Below, piece by piece: positions 50,960 to 60,222 of a stretch of 64,000 nt of DNA. Both the position numbers and the translations under genes were made by a program. Source of the stretch: an uncultured Planctomycetales bacterium (GTDB lineage: Bacteria; Omnitrophota; Gorgyraeia; Zapsychrales; JANLHA01); assembly GCA_964489065.1 (NCBI GenBank), contig CAZAXH010000008.1:130-64129 (forward strand), given 5' to 3'. Under the pieces are notes generated by a model that saw only the letters and a program-made list of their open reading frames with translations, did no database searches and was not told the origin of the DNA. Positions within the stretch are counted from its first letter, which is position 1, and each line of letters opens with the position of its first letter.

Positions 50960-52596
50960 CCTGTCCGTCCAATTCCCAACAACGAGCCCGTATTAAATTT
51001 TTAACCGCCATTGTTGTGTTGCTCTGGATGGCCTTCCTGATTTTTTTTCGTCTTGGCCATTATGCGTTATGGGACGACGAAGCGATCTGCGCTTTGTTCG
51101 GAAAAACTCTTTTTGAAACCGGCGACACATCCGCCGTCCTGGGCCGTAATATCATCGCCTTTAATGACGGGCGGGAACTGGAAAATCTGCGGCAGAGGTA
51201 TGTCCCGCCGTTGCAATTTTATCTTGTGGCCCCGTTGGCCGGGACCACTCGTCATTCGGCCTTTGCGGTTCGCTTCCCGTTTGCGCTCTGCGGGCTTTTT
51301 GCCGTGGCCGTGATCCTGTATTGGCTTTGGGGAACCCGAGCTCCGCTCAAGACCTGGCTCTTGATGTCGGCCGGACTGGCGGGCAATGTATCCCTGATTC
51401 TGTTTTTTCGGCAATGCCGGTATTATGCGCCGATGATGTTGTCTTCTCTTCTCTTAGCCTATGGGTATCTTAGTAACACCGCGAGCAGAAAAAGAATTTG
51501 GCTTATGGCGGGGGCGGCTATTTTGCTTTTGGCCTCAAATTATCTGGCTTATACCGCGGTTATGGCCTGCGGTCTTGTCCATTACCTGATATGGGGGAGA
51601 AAGGACCGCCCTCTTTCAGCATCGGAAGTGGGGTTTTTTGCCTTCACGCAATGTCTGGCCGGCGGGCTCATATTAAGCATTTATAACCCTTTTGGAAAGG
51701 ATGTCTGGGATTATTCCAGTCGTTTCTGGCTCCAGGAAAGGCTTTTGCTTCTTGGGTGGAATTTCCGTGATTTAAACTCCTGTGAAATGGGCATCGGTTT
51801 GTTCATAGGCATGGCCCCGTTATTGTATTTTTTTAAAAAAGACCGCCGACTTATTGAGGCCCCGGTTATGATTTATACTTATATCCTGACAATCTCGATT
51901 TTTTCTCCCCAGCCGGTTAATCAAATGTCAGTGGCTTTTGTCCGTTACCTCTGCCCGTTGATCCCGTTATGCATTTTTACGTCTGTCATCGTGATTCAGG
52001 CCCTGACGGTTAAAGTGCCGTACCTGGCCTTTCCTCTGGCCTTATTGTGTTTTATGACGAATAGTGTGCACGGCGGTTTGTTCTTTCAGCATCCCGATGG
52101 GACGGCTTTCTCTCATGTTATTCAGAGCCGCCCCTGGCGTTCGACGGTTGTGGACTTTTTGCGCGAACTGGCAGCGCCTCGTGAAGGGCCTTATCGTATG
52201 GCGGCTGATTGGATCAAAAGGAATGTGAAGGAGGGGGCAAGCGTCCTAGCCGTCCCCGGCTACACCGTTTACCCGCTGATTTTTCATGCCCCTCACGCGG
52301 TCTATGCCTGGCAGCTCTCGGGAAACGAAACGGGCCGGCAGTTTCAGCATTTGCCGGATATCCATTTCCGGGGCCGGGTCCGGCCTGATTATATTATTGT
52401 TTTTGGGCCGTCGATCGAGGTTGCCGGTTTGCTTGACCAACAAACCGGCGCAGCAAGATATATTGCTGTTGAGCGCCTGGATGTTTACTGGGCTGACCTT
52501 ATCCGGCCGGAACTTTTCTGGCATTCTTTTTCCCCTGTCAGGAATTATAACCCGGATACGGAATCGATTGTTATTTACAAGAAGGCATCCCGTTGA
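50956..52596 (+). CDS. ArnT/PMT-like GT-C fold membrane glycosyltransferase, paralog 2
   Basis: Polytopic; N-terminal periplasmic-loop acidic motif LWDDEAICALFGKTLFETGD and YVPPLQFYLVA resembling PMT_2/ArnT signatures; translationally coupled to the rSAM gene (ATGA). Confidence 0.65.
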   Translation: MTCPSNSQQRARIKFLTAIVVLLWMAFLIFFRLGHYALWDDEAICALFGKTLFETGDTSAVLGRNIIAFNDGRELENLRQRYVPPLQFYLVAPLAGTTRHSAFAVRFPFALCGLFAVAVILYWLWGTRAPLKTWLLMSAGLAGNVSLILFFRQCRYYAPMMLSSLLLAYGYLSNTASRKRIWLMAGAAILLLASNYLAYTAVMACGLVHYLIWGRKDRPLSASEVGFFAFTQCLAGGLILSIYNPFGKDVWDYSSRFWLQERLLLLGWNFRDLNSCEMGIGLFIGMAPLLYFFKKDRRLIEAPVMIYTYILTISIFSPQPVNQMSVAFVRYLCPLIPLCIFTSVIVIQALTVKVPYLAFPLALLCFMTNSVHGGLFFQHPDGTAFSHVIQSRPWRSTVVDFLRELAAPREGPYRMAADWIKRNVKEGASVLAVPGYTVYPLIFHAPHAVYAWQLSGNETGRQFQHLPDIHFRGRVRPDYIIVFGPSIEVAGLLDQQTGAARYIAVERLDVYWADLIRPELFWHSFSPVRNYNPDTESIVIYKKASR

Positions 52597-52895
52597 AAAT
52601 TACCGATTATTTCAGCCATTTTATCCCGCCTTCGCGGAAGACCATGGGCATGCCCGTGGATGAATACGAGAGGTTCGCGGGGTCTTCTTCTTTGGGGATG
52701 TTCGCACGCATGTTAAGCGCTCTCAGATTGCTCCGCAAAAAGAGTTGTTAACAGAAGATCCCTGTCTCCCAAGGGCGTGGGGCTCCATAAACAAAATAAA
52801 AAAGTAATGGTTAATGAAAGAATATGAGGTAAAATTTGAAGTCAAGTTCTTTGAGAGGCCGATGAAGGGAGAACGGCACACTTCCGGATAAGCGT

Positions 52896-53600
52896 ATGCA
52901 ACAACCTTTTTTTTCAATATCTGTCATCCTGCCCGTTTATAATGAGGGGGAAAACATCGCGGACACGGTTGCCCACGTCGCCAGCTTTTTAAACGGGCAG
53001 CCGGTTTTCGATAAGCATGAAATCATCGTGATTGATGACGGGAGTGCGGATGACACTCCGGCCATATTAAATACCCTTTGTCAGCGGTATCCAAATTTAA
53101 AAACTTTTCGGCATAACAAAAATCTTGGATACGGGGCTGCCCTTGTGTCGGGGATCAAACAGGCTGTTTCAGAATGGGTCCTTCTGATGGATGCGGACGG
53201 GCAATTTAAACTTGACGCCCTGCTGGACATGATTCCGTATCTTGATCATTATGATATCCTGGCAGGATTCCGGGCGAAAAGGACAGATTCGCTCTATAGA
53301 ATCGTTTTGGGGCGGACTTACAGCCGCCTGGTAGCCCTGTTGTTCAAGCTTGATCTTCTTGATATTAATTGCGGGTTTAAACTTTTTAGAAGAAACAGTA
53401 TCAATGTGGAAACGCTTAATGCGCACGGCGGCGTTTTTTACACGGATTTCTTTATCAAAGCCCGTAACCAGGGCTGCCGGGTCAAACAGATTCCGGTTGC
53501 GCACTTCCCCCGGGAGAAAGGGAAACAAACCGGGGCGAGTATCAAGGTTATTTTTGCCGCTGTGGTTGATATTGTCCGTCTCCTGTCTGGCCGGGAATGA
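52896..53600 (+). CDS. GT2 family glycosyltransferase (polyprenyl-phosphate sugar synthase, Dpm1/ArnC-like)
   Basis: ISVILPVYNEGENI ... VIDDGSADDT ... LMDADGQ (DXD); size and motifs of polyisoprenyl-phosphate glycosyltransferases. Confidence 0.8.
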   Translation: MQQPFFSISVILPVYNEGENIADTVAHVASFLNGQPVFDKHEIIVIDDGSADDTPAILNTLCQRYPNLKTFRHNKNLGYGAALVSGIKQAVSEWVLLMDADGQFKLDALLDMIPYLDHYDILAGFRAKRTDSLYRIVLGRTYSRLVALLFKLDLLDINCGFKLFRRNSINVETLNAHGGVFYTDFFIKARNQGCRVKQIPVAHFPREKGKQTGASIKVIFAAVVDIVRLLSGRE

Positions 53601-53672
53601 AGTTTTCAGGCCGGGTGACAAGAATAAAATTCATTGTGATTTTTTTGTTTCATAAAAAATTCCGGAGAAATT

Positions 53673-54914
53673 ATGACGGTAGGATTGATGCGCAGACTGG
53701 ACTTCTGGATCGGGGTTCCCTTTTGCTTTCTTTTGTCTATTTTTCAGCTTCTGCAAAAACCTTTCCAGAAGGGCCCGGTACCGGGCAAGCCTCTCAAGAA
53801 GGTGCTTTTCCTGGAGTTATCTGAAATAGGAAGCACGATCCTGTCTTATCCGGCCATGCAAAAACTGAAAGAGCTGTATCCTGAAAACGAATTGTATTTT
53901 TGGATCTTTGCTGATAATCAGGATGCGGTTCATGTGCTTGGCACGGTTGCCAGAGAAAATGTCTTGACCATACGGACCGGCAGTTTTTTGGCCTTTTGTA
54001 ATGATATTGTCCGCAATCTTCAGAGGATCCGGCGGGAACAGATTGACGCCATCGTGGATATGGAGCTTTTTTCAAGGTCCAGCAGTATTTTGGCTTTTCT
54101 GACCCGGGCCCGCATCCGTATCGGATTTGGGACCTTCGCGCAAGAGGGACTTTATCGGGGAAGTTTACGCACGCATGAGGTTTCTTATAACCCTTATCAG
54201 CATATTGCCCAGAATTATGTCGCCTTGATTTATGCTTTGAAATCCTCCCCCGGGCAATTTCCCTGCGTGAAAGAAAACTGGCAATCATCGCCGGCGCCGT
54301 TAACGTTACCGGTGCTTGAGTCTCCCGAAGGACGAAAGGCGGCGATGATGGATATTCTGCGTCGGGAAAATCCTCACATCGACCATTGCCGGCAAAAAGT
54401 CGTGATTCACCCCGGGATTCATGAGGCGTTACCTCTGCGTCAGTGGCCGATTGAGAACTACTTGAAGTTGGCGGAAAAATTATCTTCCCGGCCGGACGTA
54501 ATGATTATATTCGCCGGGGTGACTGGCAAGGCGAAGGACGCCGGGGGATACCATGAAAAGCTGCGCGGCCTCCGGACAATTAATTTGATCGGGAAAACCC
54601 GTATCCCGGATTTGATCGATTTGTTCAATCTGTCTAATTTGTTGATAAGCCATGATGGGGGCATCATTCATATTGCTTCCCTGACACGGATTCCTGTTAT
54701 CGCTATTTTCGGGCCGGAAACGCCTGTTTTATATGGCCCGCTTAAAGAGAATAAAATTATTTTTTATAAACCTTTTTCATGCAGCCCGTGCCTGACAGCT
54801 TATAATCATCGCATATCTCATTGTAAAGAAAATCGTTGTGTGCGTTCAATTCCTGTGGAGGATGTGTATCAAGGCGCAGTAAAAATTTTGAATCAAGAGT
54901 TGGCTATGCTTTAA
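53673..54914 (+). CDS. GT9 family glycosyltransferase (heptosyltransferase-like)
   Basis: KKVLFLELSEIGSTILSYPAMQ N-terminus and C-terminal GxDGG-like ISHDGGIIHIASL ... IFGPETP pattern of ADP-heptose:LPS heptosyltransferases. Confidence 0.7.
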   Translation: MTVGLMRRLDFWIGVPFCFLLSIFQLLQKPFQKGPVPGKPLKKVLFLELSEIGSTILSYPAMQKLKELYPENELYFWIFADNQDAVHVLGTVARENVLTIRTGSFLAFCNDIVRNLQRIRREQIDAIVDMELFSRSSSILAFLTRARIRIGFGTFAQEGLYRGSLRTHEVSYNPYQHIAQNYVALIYALKSSPGQFPCVKENWQSSPAPLTLPVLESPEGRKAAMMDILRRENPHIDHCRQKVVIHPGIHEALPLRQWPIENYLKLAEKLSSRPDVMIIFAGVTGKAKDAGGYHEKLRGLRTINLIGKTRIPDLIDLFNLSNLLISHDGGIIHIASLTRIPVIAIFGPETPVLYGPLKENKIIFYKPFSCSPCLTAYNHRISHCKENRCVRSIPVEDVYQGAVKILNQELAML

Positions 54915-55230
54915 ATATTTGAAAAATATGTGGTTATTTTTTCTTTGGGGAAGCTGTCCCTGCGGGGGGATTTATAAAATGAACTTGCTGTCTGTGCTCC
55001 TACAAATTATACTTATATTGTAATAAAAGATTAAGTTTTCTTACTGCCGTCTGGTATATTTTAAAGAATGAAAATAGGTGGGGTTATTTCTAAAAAATCC
55101 TTTGATTTTTCGTTTTTTACATGCTTAAATGATACTGGGTTTAATTATATTTTTTATCAGTAATATCCTCTAGATTTCATGAGTTTTTCAGGAAATTAAC
55201 GCAGAACAAGGGGAAGGGGGGGGGCGCCGG

Positions 55231-55503
55231 ATGTCACGGAAAAAACGTTTGTGGTTTGGCGGGATTCTGGTTTTCGTGCAGTTACTGATAATATTGAGCC
55301 TGTCCCTCGTTGGCCCCAAAACACCCATAACTCCCGTTAAAGAAGCAGATGCTCAATGTATGACTTTTTGGCTGAGTGCCGCCAATAACGCTGTGCCCAC
55401 ATGTCCCAGTGGTACTCTTTTGGGGTATGCATATACTGGCATAGTGGCGGTGTATGGAGGAACGGCAACTCGATACGTCGGATTATGCGCAAGGGATTTG
55501 TAA
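55231..55503 (+). CDS. Small secreted Cys-containing peptide, paralog A (90 aa precursor)
   Basis: Sec-type signal peptide; shared core TPVKEADAQC.xFWL.AANN.VP.C..G......Y..G.V.VYGG.A.RYV.LC with the adjacent paralog. Confidence 0.55.
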   Translation: MSRKKRLWFGGILVFVQLLIILSLSLVGPKTPITPVKEADAQCMTFWLSAANNAVPTCPSGTLLGYAYTGIVAVYGGTATRYVGLCARDL

Positions 55504-55535
55504 TTTATCGCCAATGTTCAAAAGGAGGCTGTTTG

Positions 55536-55802
55536 ATGTTAAGGGAAAAAATTCTTTGGTGTGCGGCAGCCCTAGTTATTCTTCAGTTATTTTTGGTTTT
55601 AGGCACGACCCTCACCGAAACGCAAACATCCGTAACTCCGGTGAAGGAAGCTGACGCGCAATGTATCCGATTCTGGCTTGATGCCGCCAACAACACTGTT
55701 CCGGGCTGCTCCGGCGGCGTCGTTGTCAGTTATGTCCAAAGCGGTACGGTTCCGGTCTATGGGGGCTCCGCGGCTCGATACGTCGCGTTGTGTTCCATCT
55801 AA
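55536..55802 (+). CDS. Small secreted Cys-containing peptide, paralog B (88 aa precursor)
   Basis: RBS AAGGAGG before the ATG at 55536; about 50% identity to paralog A including all three Cys positions. Confidence 0.55.
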   Translation: MLREKILWCAAALVILQLFLVLGTTLTETQTSVTPVKEADAQCIRFWLDAANNTVPGCSGGVVVSYVQSGTVPVYGGSAARYVALCSI

Positions 55803-55892
55803 GGCACGATTTATGACCGTTATTTTTCCCGAACCGCTGAAAGAAATGATAACGTACCGTGTCCCCCGATACTGCCCGCATATGTTTAAGGC

Positions 55893-57584
55893 ATGCTGAA
55901 TTTGCAGACAGCTTCTTCATTATTTCCTCAAACACAATTTAACAGGTTGAAAACTTCCCTTACAGTTTCTCTTCTGGCCAAGGTGATCCTGATTTTATTC
56001 CTTCTTGTGGCTGCTGGAATTTTCAGGTTTTACAATCTTGGCCTGTACGACCTGACCTTCGATGAACTCGGGACAGAAATGTACACTTTTCAGGCCGTGG
56101 ATAAAGTGGCACGTTTATCCGGGCAGAGCCATTTTACTGTTTTGTCCGAACAGATGAAAAATGATCCGCATTCTCCACTTTATTATTTTATTATTTATTA
56201 TTTCAGCAAATATGGGGGGGATGATGGGGCGCGTCTGCGCCTGTTATCGGTGATTTTGAGCCTGAGTACATGCTTGCTTTTTTTCTGTTTTTCGACACTG
56301 TTCCTTAACTTCCGCGGGAGCGTTCTGGGCATGGGCTTGCTGGCGATTCATCCCTTGCACATCTGGTATGCCCAGGAAGCCAGGATGTACGCGTCGGTCG
56401 GCTTTTTTGTCCTTTTGATGGCGACGATGTTTGTATTGGCGGTGCGTACAGATAAGATTCGGCTTTGGATCCTGTTCCTCGTGACAGGGGCGCTTGCTTT
56501 GGTGGCCAGTTATTTTACCGTTTTCTTATTAATAGCCATGGGGTTAGTCGTGTTGCTGCCCAATAACCGCCGTTATTTATGGAAATGGACTTTTTCGGTG
56601 ATAGGGATGGTTGTTATCCTCTTGTTGTTGCGGCCGATTTTTTTCAGCCAGTTTAACTTTGTAAAACACAGTTTCTGGATACCACAGCCTTCCTTTGTAA
56701 CCCTCTTCCTCACCCAAATGATTTTTCATCAGGGATTTTCGGCGACATGTTCCCAGTATTTTTCCGGCCTGATCCTGTTCTCCAGTCTTTTCGTCCTTGG
56801 GGTGTTATCTTTATTTTCTTTAAACCGCAAGAAAACGTTTATTCTGTTCATTTTTATCGCCGTCCCGTTCTCCTTGGCGTATTTTATTTCCAAGTATTAT
56901 GTCCCGATTTATATTCATCGGCAGCTAATGGTTTTTTCGCCTTTTTACTATCTTGGCATAGCCCAGGGAATAGAAAGGATTTTACCCCGCCGTTATGGGC
57001 CCCTAGTTTTTCTTCTAGCTGCGGCCCTGCTGTTAAGCAGCCTCCGGAATTATTATGCCGGGTATATGTTTTCCCATCCTTTTCGGGCGGATCTGCTCGG
57101 TGGCGTATATCCCAAAAAACGCTACCAGGAACTGTTCCGCTCTTTGAACCAGGCGGCCCTTAAGAACGATTCGCTGATTGCTGGCGACCTGCAGTCTTAT
57201 ATCTTATTGCGGGCCTATCTTGAAAGACAGGAGGGACGAGGGAATCTGTCCCCGGACAGGTTATGGTTCGTGTTCGCCCCGCAATATGTTTTTCAGTATG
57301 ATCAGCGTTATATGGGTATTGATGCCCCTGTGAAACAACTGTCACCCTCCCAATTTAAAAATTTTTACGCCTATCAGTTGCCCCCGGACCGGGCGATCAC
57401 GATGCATCCTGCTCAGTTAAAGCCCATGACATTGGGACGATTATGGGTGGTGACCTCCAGTTGGGATATGGACAGATCCTTGGGAATGGATGCTGAAGAG
57501 CTTTTAATCCAATTAAGGCAGCTTTCTCATCGGCAGTCTTCTAGCTGTAAAGACGGTATTTGTGTTGACCTCTTTGCCCCCTGA
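55893..57584 (+). CDS. ArnT/PMT-like GT-C fold membrane glycosyltransferase, paralog 3
   Basis: 563-aa polytopic protein; N-terminal loop YDLTFDELGTEMY acidic motif; similar topology to the other two. Confidence 0.55.
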   Translation: MLNLQTASSLFPQTQFNRLKTSLTVSLLAKVILILFLLVAAGIFRFYNLGLYDLTFDELGTEMYTFQAVDKVARLSGQSHFTVLSEQMKNDPHSPLYYFIIYYFSKYGGDDGARLRLLSVILSLSTCLLFFCFSTLFLNFRGSVLGMGLLAIHPLHIWYAQEARMYASVGFFVLLMATMFVLAVRTDKIRLWILFLVTGALALVASYFTVFLLIAMGLVVLLPNNRRYLWKWTFSVIGMVVILLLLRPIFFSQFNFVKHSFWIPQPSFVTLFLTQMIFHQGFSATCSQYFSGLILFSSLFVLGVLSLFSLNRKKTFILFIFIAVPFSLAYFISKYYVPIYIHRQLMVFSPFYYLGIAQGIERILPRRYGPLVFLLAAALLLSSLRNYYAGYMFSHPFRADLLGGVYPKKRYQELFRSLNQAALKNDSLIAGDLQSYILLRAYLERQEGRGNLSPDRLWFVFAPQYVFQYDQRYMGIDAPVKQLSPSQFKNFYAYQLPPDRAITMHPAQLKPMTLGRLWVVTSSWDMDRSLGMDAEELLIQLRQLSHRQSSSCKDGICVDLFAP

Positions 57585-57611
57585 CTCCTCTTCTGGGGCC
57601 GACCGATTCGC

Positions 57612-57640
57612 TTGACATTAAATATAAGGAAAATTATAAT
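57612..57640 (+). promoter_or_regulatory. Perfect consensus sigma70 promoter (TTGACA-17 bp-TATAAT) upstream of the OLD-family gene
   Basis: TTGACA 57612-57617; TATAAT 57635-57640. Confidence 0.6.
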
Positions 57641-57731
57641 GCGGAAGTATATCGGAAGGCGGCCTTTGGTTTGTTCCTGGAGTGTGTTGGTAAAATATCA
57701 GAGATAACCTGCGTCAAGTGAGGGGAATTTC

Positions 57732-59702
57732 ATGAAATTAAAAAAGTTTAAAATAACCCATTATAAATCTATCGTAGACAGCGGCTATTGCTGTCTTTCC
57801 TCTGACCTGACGATTTTGCTGGGGAAAAATGAATCGGGGAAAACGGCTATTTTGGAGGCCCTGCGCGATTTTGACCGGCAAAGCATGTCAATCTCCGGGG
57901 ATGCCTTCCCGGTCAGTGGTAATGGGGACGAGCCTAAACTTGAAATGGTTTTTTCGATGAGGGGAGAGGAGTTGAAGTCCATTCAGGAAACAACAGGCAT
58001 AAAATTGGAAGGAAAAATATCCGATCATGTGCTTGAAAACGGCGTCGTGCTAGAAAAGGATTGCCGGGGTTCGTATGATTTAAAAGACGAAAAACTGGCG
58101 GGACTTCTTGAGGCAGCTAATCAGGGCCAACGCTATTTTATCCGCTGTGAAGAAAAAAAACTTGTTGAGCTTCTAAAAGGGTATTCTGTGCCTGATTTAA
58201 ACCTGGAGGCCCCGGTCCCGGTGATCCAAGACAGAGTGCAACAACTTTTTGTCACCATTAAATCCTTGCTGCCGCTGCTGAAGGACGAGAAGCTGCAGCA
58301 GGCGGTCATTGAGTCGCTGCGTTTTATTAAACAGGAGTCCAAAAATCTTCCGGAAAAAGAACAGGAAAGGGATGTGATGTCCCTCTTTTTAAACACAGTC
58401 GTTGAACGGCTGCCGCATTTTATCCTTTTTAATGAGTTTAACGGCATGCTGCCTTTTGAGATTGCGCTGGCTGACATAAAATCTAATCAGGCCGTCATGG
58501 ATTTCGCTAAGATTGCCCGGCTTGATATTGACAAGGTCATTGCCACCGAGGACACCCAGAAACGTTTAAATATCCTGAATCGTCATTCCGCCTGCATTAG
58601 CGGGGATTTTCTTAATTATTGGGGACAGAATAAAATGGAACTGGTCATCTGGCCGGAGGGGGATAAGCTGCTTTTTGGAGTTAAAGAATCCGGCAAGACT
58701 GAAATTTTTAAAGTGGAACAACGCAGTAAAGGTTTCCAGTGGTTTCTGTCCTTTTATCTTCGTCTGAACAGCCAGCGGGGGAGCAACAATATCATCCTCA
58801 TTGATGAGCCGGGAATGAACCTTCATGCCAAAGCCCAGTTAGAAATCATTAAAGTGCTTGAAAGCATGAGCGCCGAGGATAACCAGATTATTTTCAGCAC
58901 GCATTCGCCGTATCTGATCGATGCCCTGCGTCTTGACCGGCTTCGGTTAGTTGTAAAAGATGCGCAGAAGGGGAGCGTTATTGAAAGCAATCTGAGTGTC
59001 AATGCGGATAATGAAACCTTGATGCCGTTGGTGTCGGTTTTAAATATGAATTTAAACCAGAATTTGTTCGGGATTGATGACGGGCGCACGCATGTTATCG
59101 TAGACGGCCTGGCGAATTATTATTTCCTTGAAGGTTTGCGGATATGCATCAAAGATATTCCTTGGGGCCAATATCATTTTATCCCGTCTGCGGACCGGAC
59201 CAATGTCCGCCAGATCGCCTCTTATATGGTCGGGTGCGATATGCCGTTTAAAGTCGTCTTAGAGCATGACGCCGACGGCCAGGCCCTGGCCGTTCTCCTA
59301 AAAGACACTTTTGGGCTGGAGAACTCCCGTGTTATTTTTATCGGCCCGGTTTTGGGGGAGCGGTTTGAGGACCTTTTTTCCCGGGAGGACTTTTTTAAAT
59401 ATTTCTTGGAAGAGCCTTTTGAGGATATGCCTCCCGGTTCTAATTCGAATTTTTCTGAAAATAAGAATCGTGTTTGGCTTGCCAAAAAATTTTCAGAACG
59501 CGCTACAAATCAACAGGATATTTTGACGCTATCTGACAAAACCCACACATCATTCCATAATTTTTCAAGGCAACTGCTCGGCGAACTCCCAGGGGAAGCC
59601 CCGGGCACTAAAAAGAAATCTTTGTTGTCTGAGATAAGGCGTTTCCCGTTCTTCCCCTTTCCTAAAAGAAGTCATGAGATGACGGAAACAATCAGGCCAT
59701 AA
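57732..59702 (+). CDS. OLD-family ATP-dependent endonuclease-like protein (ABC/AAA_15-21 ATPase N-domain plus C-terminal TOPRIM-like domain); candidate antiphage defence protein (class 1 OLD or fused PARIS AriA-AriB-like)
   Basis: P-loop LLGKNESGKTAILEAL; Walker B/D-loop IILIDEPGMNLH; H-loop FSTHSPY; C-terminal HVIVDGLANYYFLEG and VLEHDADGQ (DxD) consistent with TOPRIM; lower GC than flanks. Confidence 0.6.
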   Translation: MKLKKFKITHYKSIVDSGYCCLSSDLTILLGKNESGKTAILEALRDFDRQSMSISGDAFPVSGNGDEPKLEMVFSMRGEELKSIQETTGIKLEGKISDHVLENGVVLEKDCRGSYDLKDEKLAGLLEAANQGQRYFIRCEEKKLVELLKGYSVPDLNLEAPVPVIQDRVQQLFVTIKSLLPLLKDEKLQQAVIESLRFIKQESKNLPEKEQERDVMSLFLNTVVERLPHFILFNEFNGMLPFEIALADIKSNQAVMDFAKIARLDIDKVIATEDTQKRLNILNRHSACISGDFLNYWGQNKMELVIWPEGDKLLFGVKESGKTEIFKVEQRSKGFQWFLSFYLRLNSQRGSNNIILIDEPGMNLHAKAQLEIIKVLESMSAEDNQIIFSTHSPYLIDALRLDRLRLVVKDAQKGSVIESNLSVNADNETLMPLVSVLNMNLNQNLFGIDDGRTHVIVDGLANYYFLEGLRICIKDIPWGQYHFIPSADRTNVRQIASYMVGCDMPFKVVLEHDADGQALAVLLKDTFGLENSRVIFIGPVLGERFEDLFSREDFFKYFLEEPFEDMPPGSNSNFSENKNRVWLAKKFSERATNQQDILTLSDKTHTSFHNFSRQLLGELPGEAPGTKKKSLLSEIRRFPFFPFPKRSHEMTETIRP

Positions 59703-59841
59703 CGACATATTTTGCCCTTTGCTCCATGGCATATATCCCATGCCTGCCATAAATATTGGTGCGTAAATTAAAGGTTCATGTCTTTATTTTCTATTTGAAT
59801 TGAGATATAATTATTTTTCATGTAGATGTTTCCTGAGATAG

Positions 59842-59870
59842 GATGGCTTTTCAATTTTTGAAAAGCCATC
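59842..59870. promoter_or_regulatory. Perfect 29-bp palindrome (13-bp arms) immediately upstream of the small membrane protein gene
   Basis: GATGGCTTTTCAATTTTTGAAAAGCCATC. Confidence 0.5.
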
Positions 59871-59877
59871 ATGGAGT

Positions 59878-60222
59878 ATGATTAATTTACTTAAAATTCA
59901 AGAGGGGGCCATGTCAGACAAGCGCAATTTGAGAAAAACTCTTCAGCTAACAGTTGTTGTTTCCCTGGCGTCGTCCGTGGGAGCGTTTTTGATTCAAAGT
60001 CGCGCCAATACATTGACAAGTGCCTGCAGCTACTTGGATCCTGTCACCATCGATGTCGTTGCGGTTTTATTTGGTTTGTTTTTAGTGATTGACGGGCTAA
60101 ATGACATTTACCGCTATCGCCTCAGTGCGATCCAGGAACAGTGGCCCAAGAGTATCCGGGTCGCTATCGGAACCAGCATTCTGCTCATCCATATTATGCA
60201 GTTTTTCCACAAAAATATATAA
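59878..60222 (+). CDS. Hypothetical small membrane protein (2-3 TM)
   Basis: 114 aa with hydrophobic segments TVVVSLASSVGAFLI and VVAVLFGLFLVIDGL. Confidence 0.45.
   Translation: MINLLKIQEGAMSDKRNLRKTLQLTVVVSLASSVGAFLIQSRANTLTSACSYLDPVTIDVVAVLFGLFLVIDGLNDIYRYRLSAIQEQWPKSIRVAIGTSILLIHIMQFFHKNI

Noticed and set aside
54915-55230. Tiny hydrophobic ORFs (11-14 aa) in the AT-rich gap upstream of the small-peptide genes
   Set aside because: They are expected by chance in AT-rich sequence and have no RBS. Noted only as a possible regulatory or leader region.
57732-60222. Classical two-gene Gabija (GajA plus GajB) or two-gene PARIS
   Set aside because: The ATPase and TOPRIM-like regions are in one polypeptide, and the downstream gene is a 114-aa membrane protein, not a UvrD-like helicase. 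Hence the call is class 1 OLD or fused PARIS-like only.
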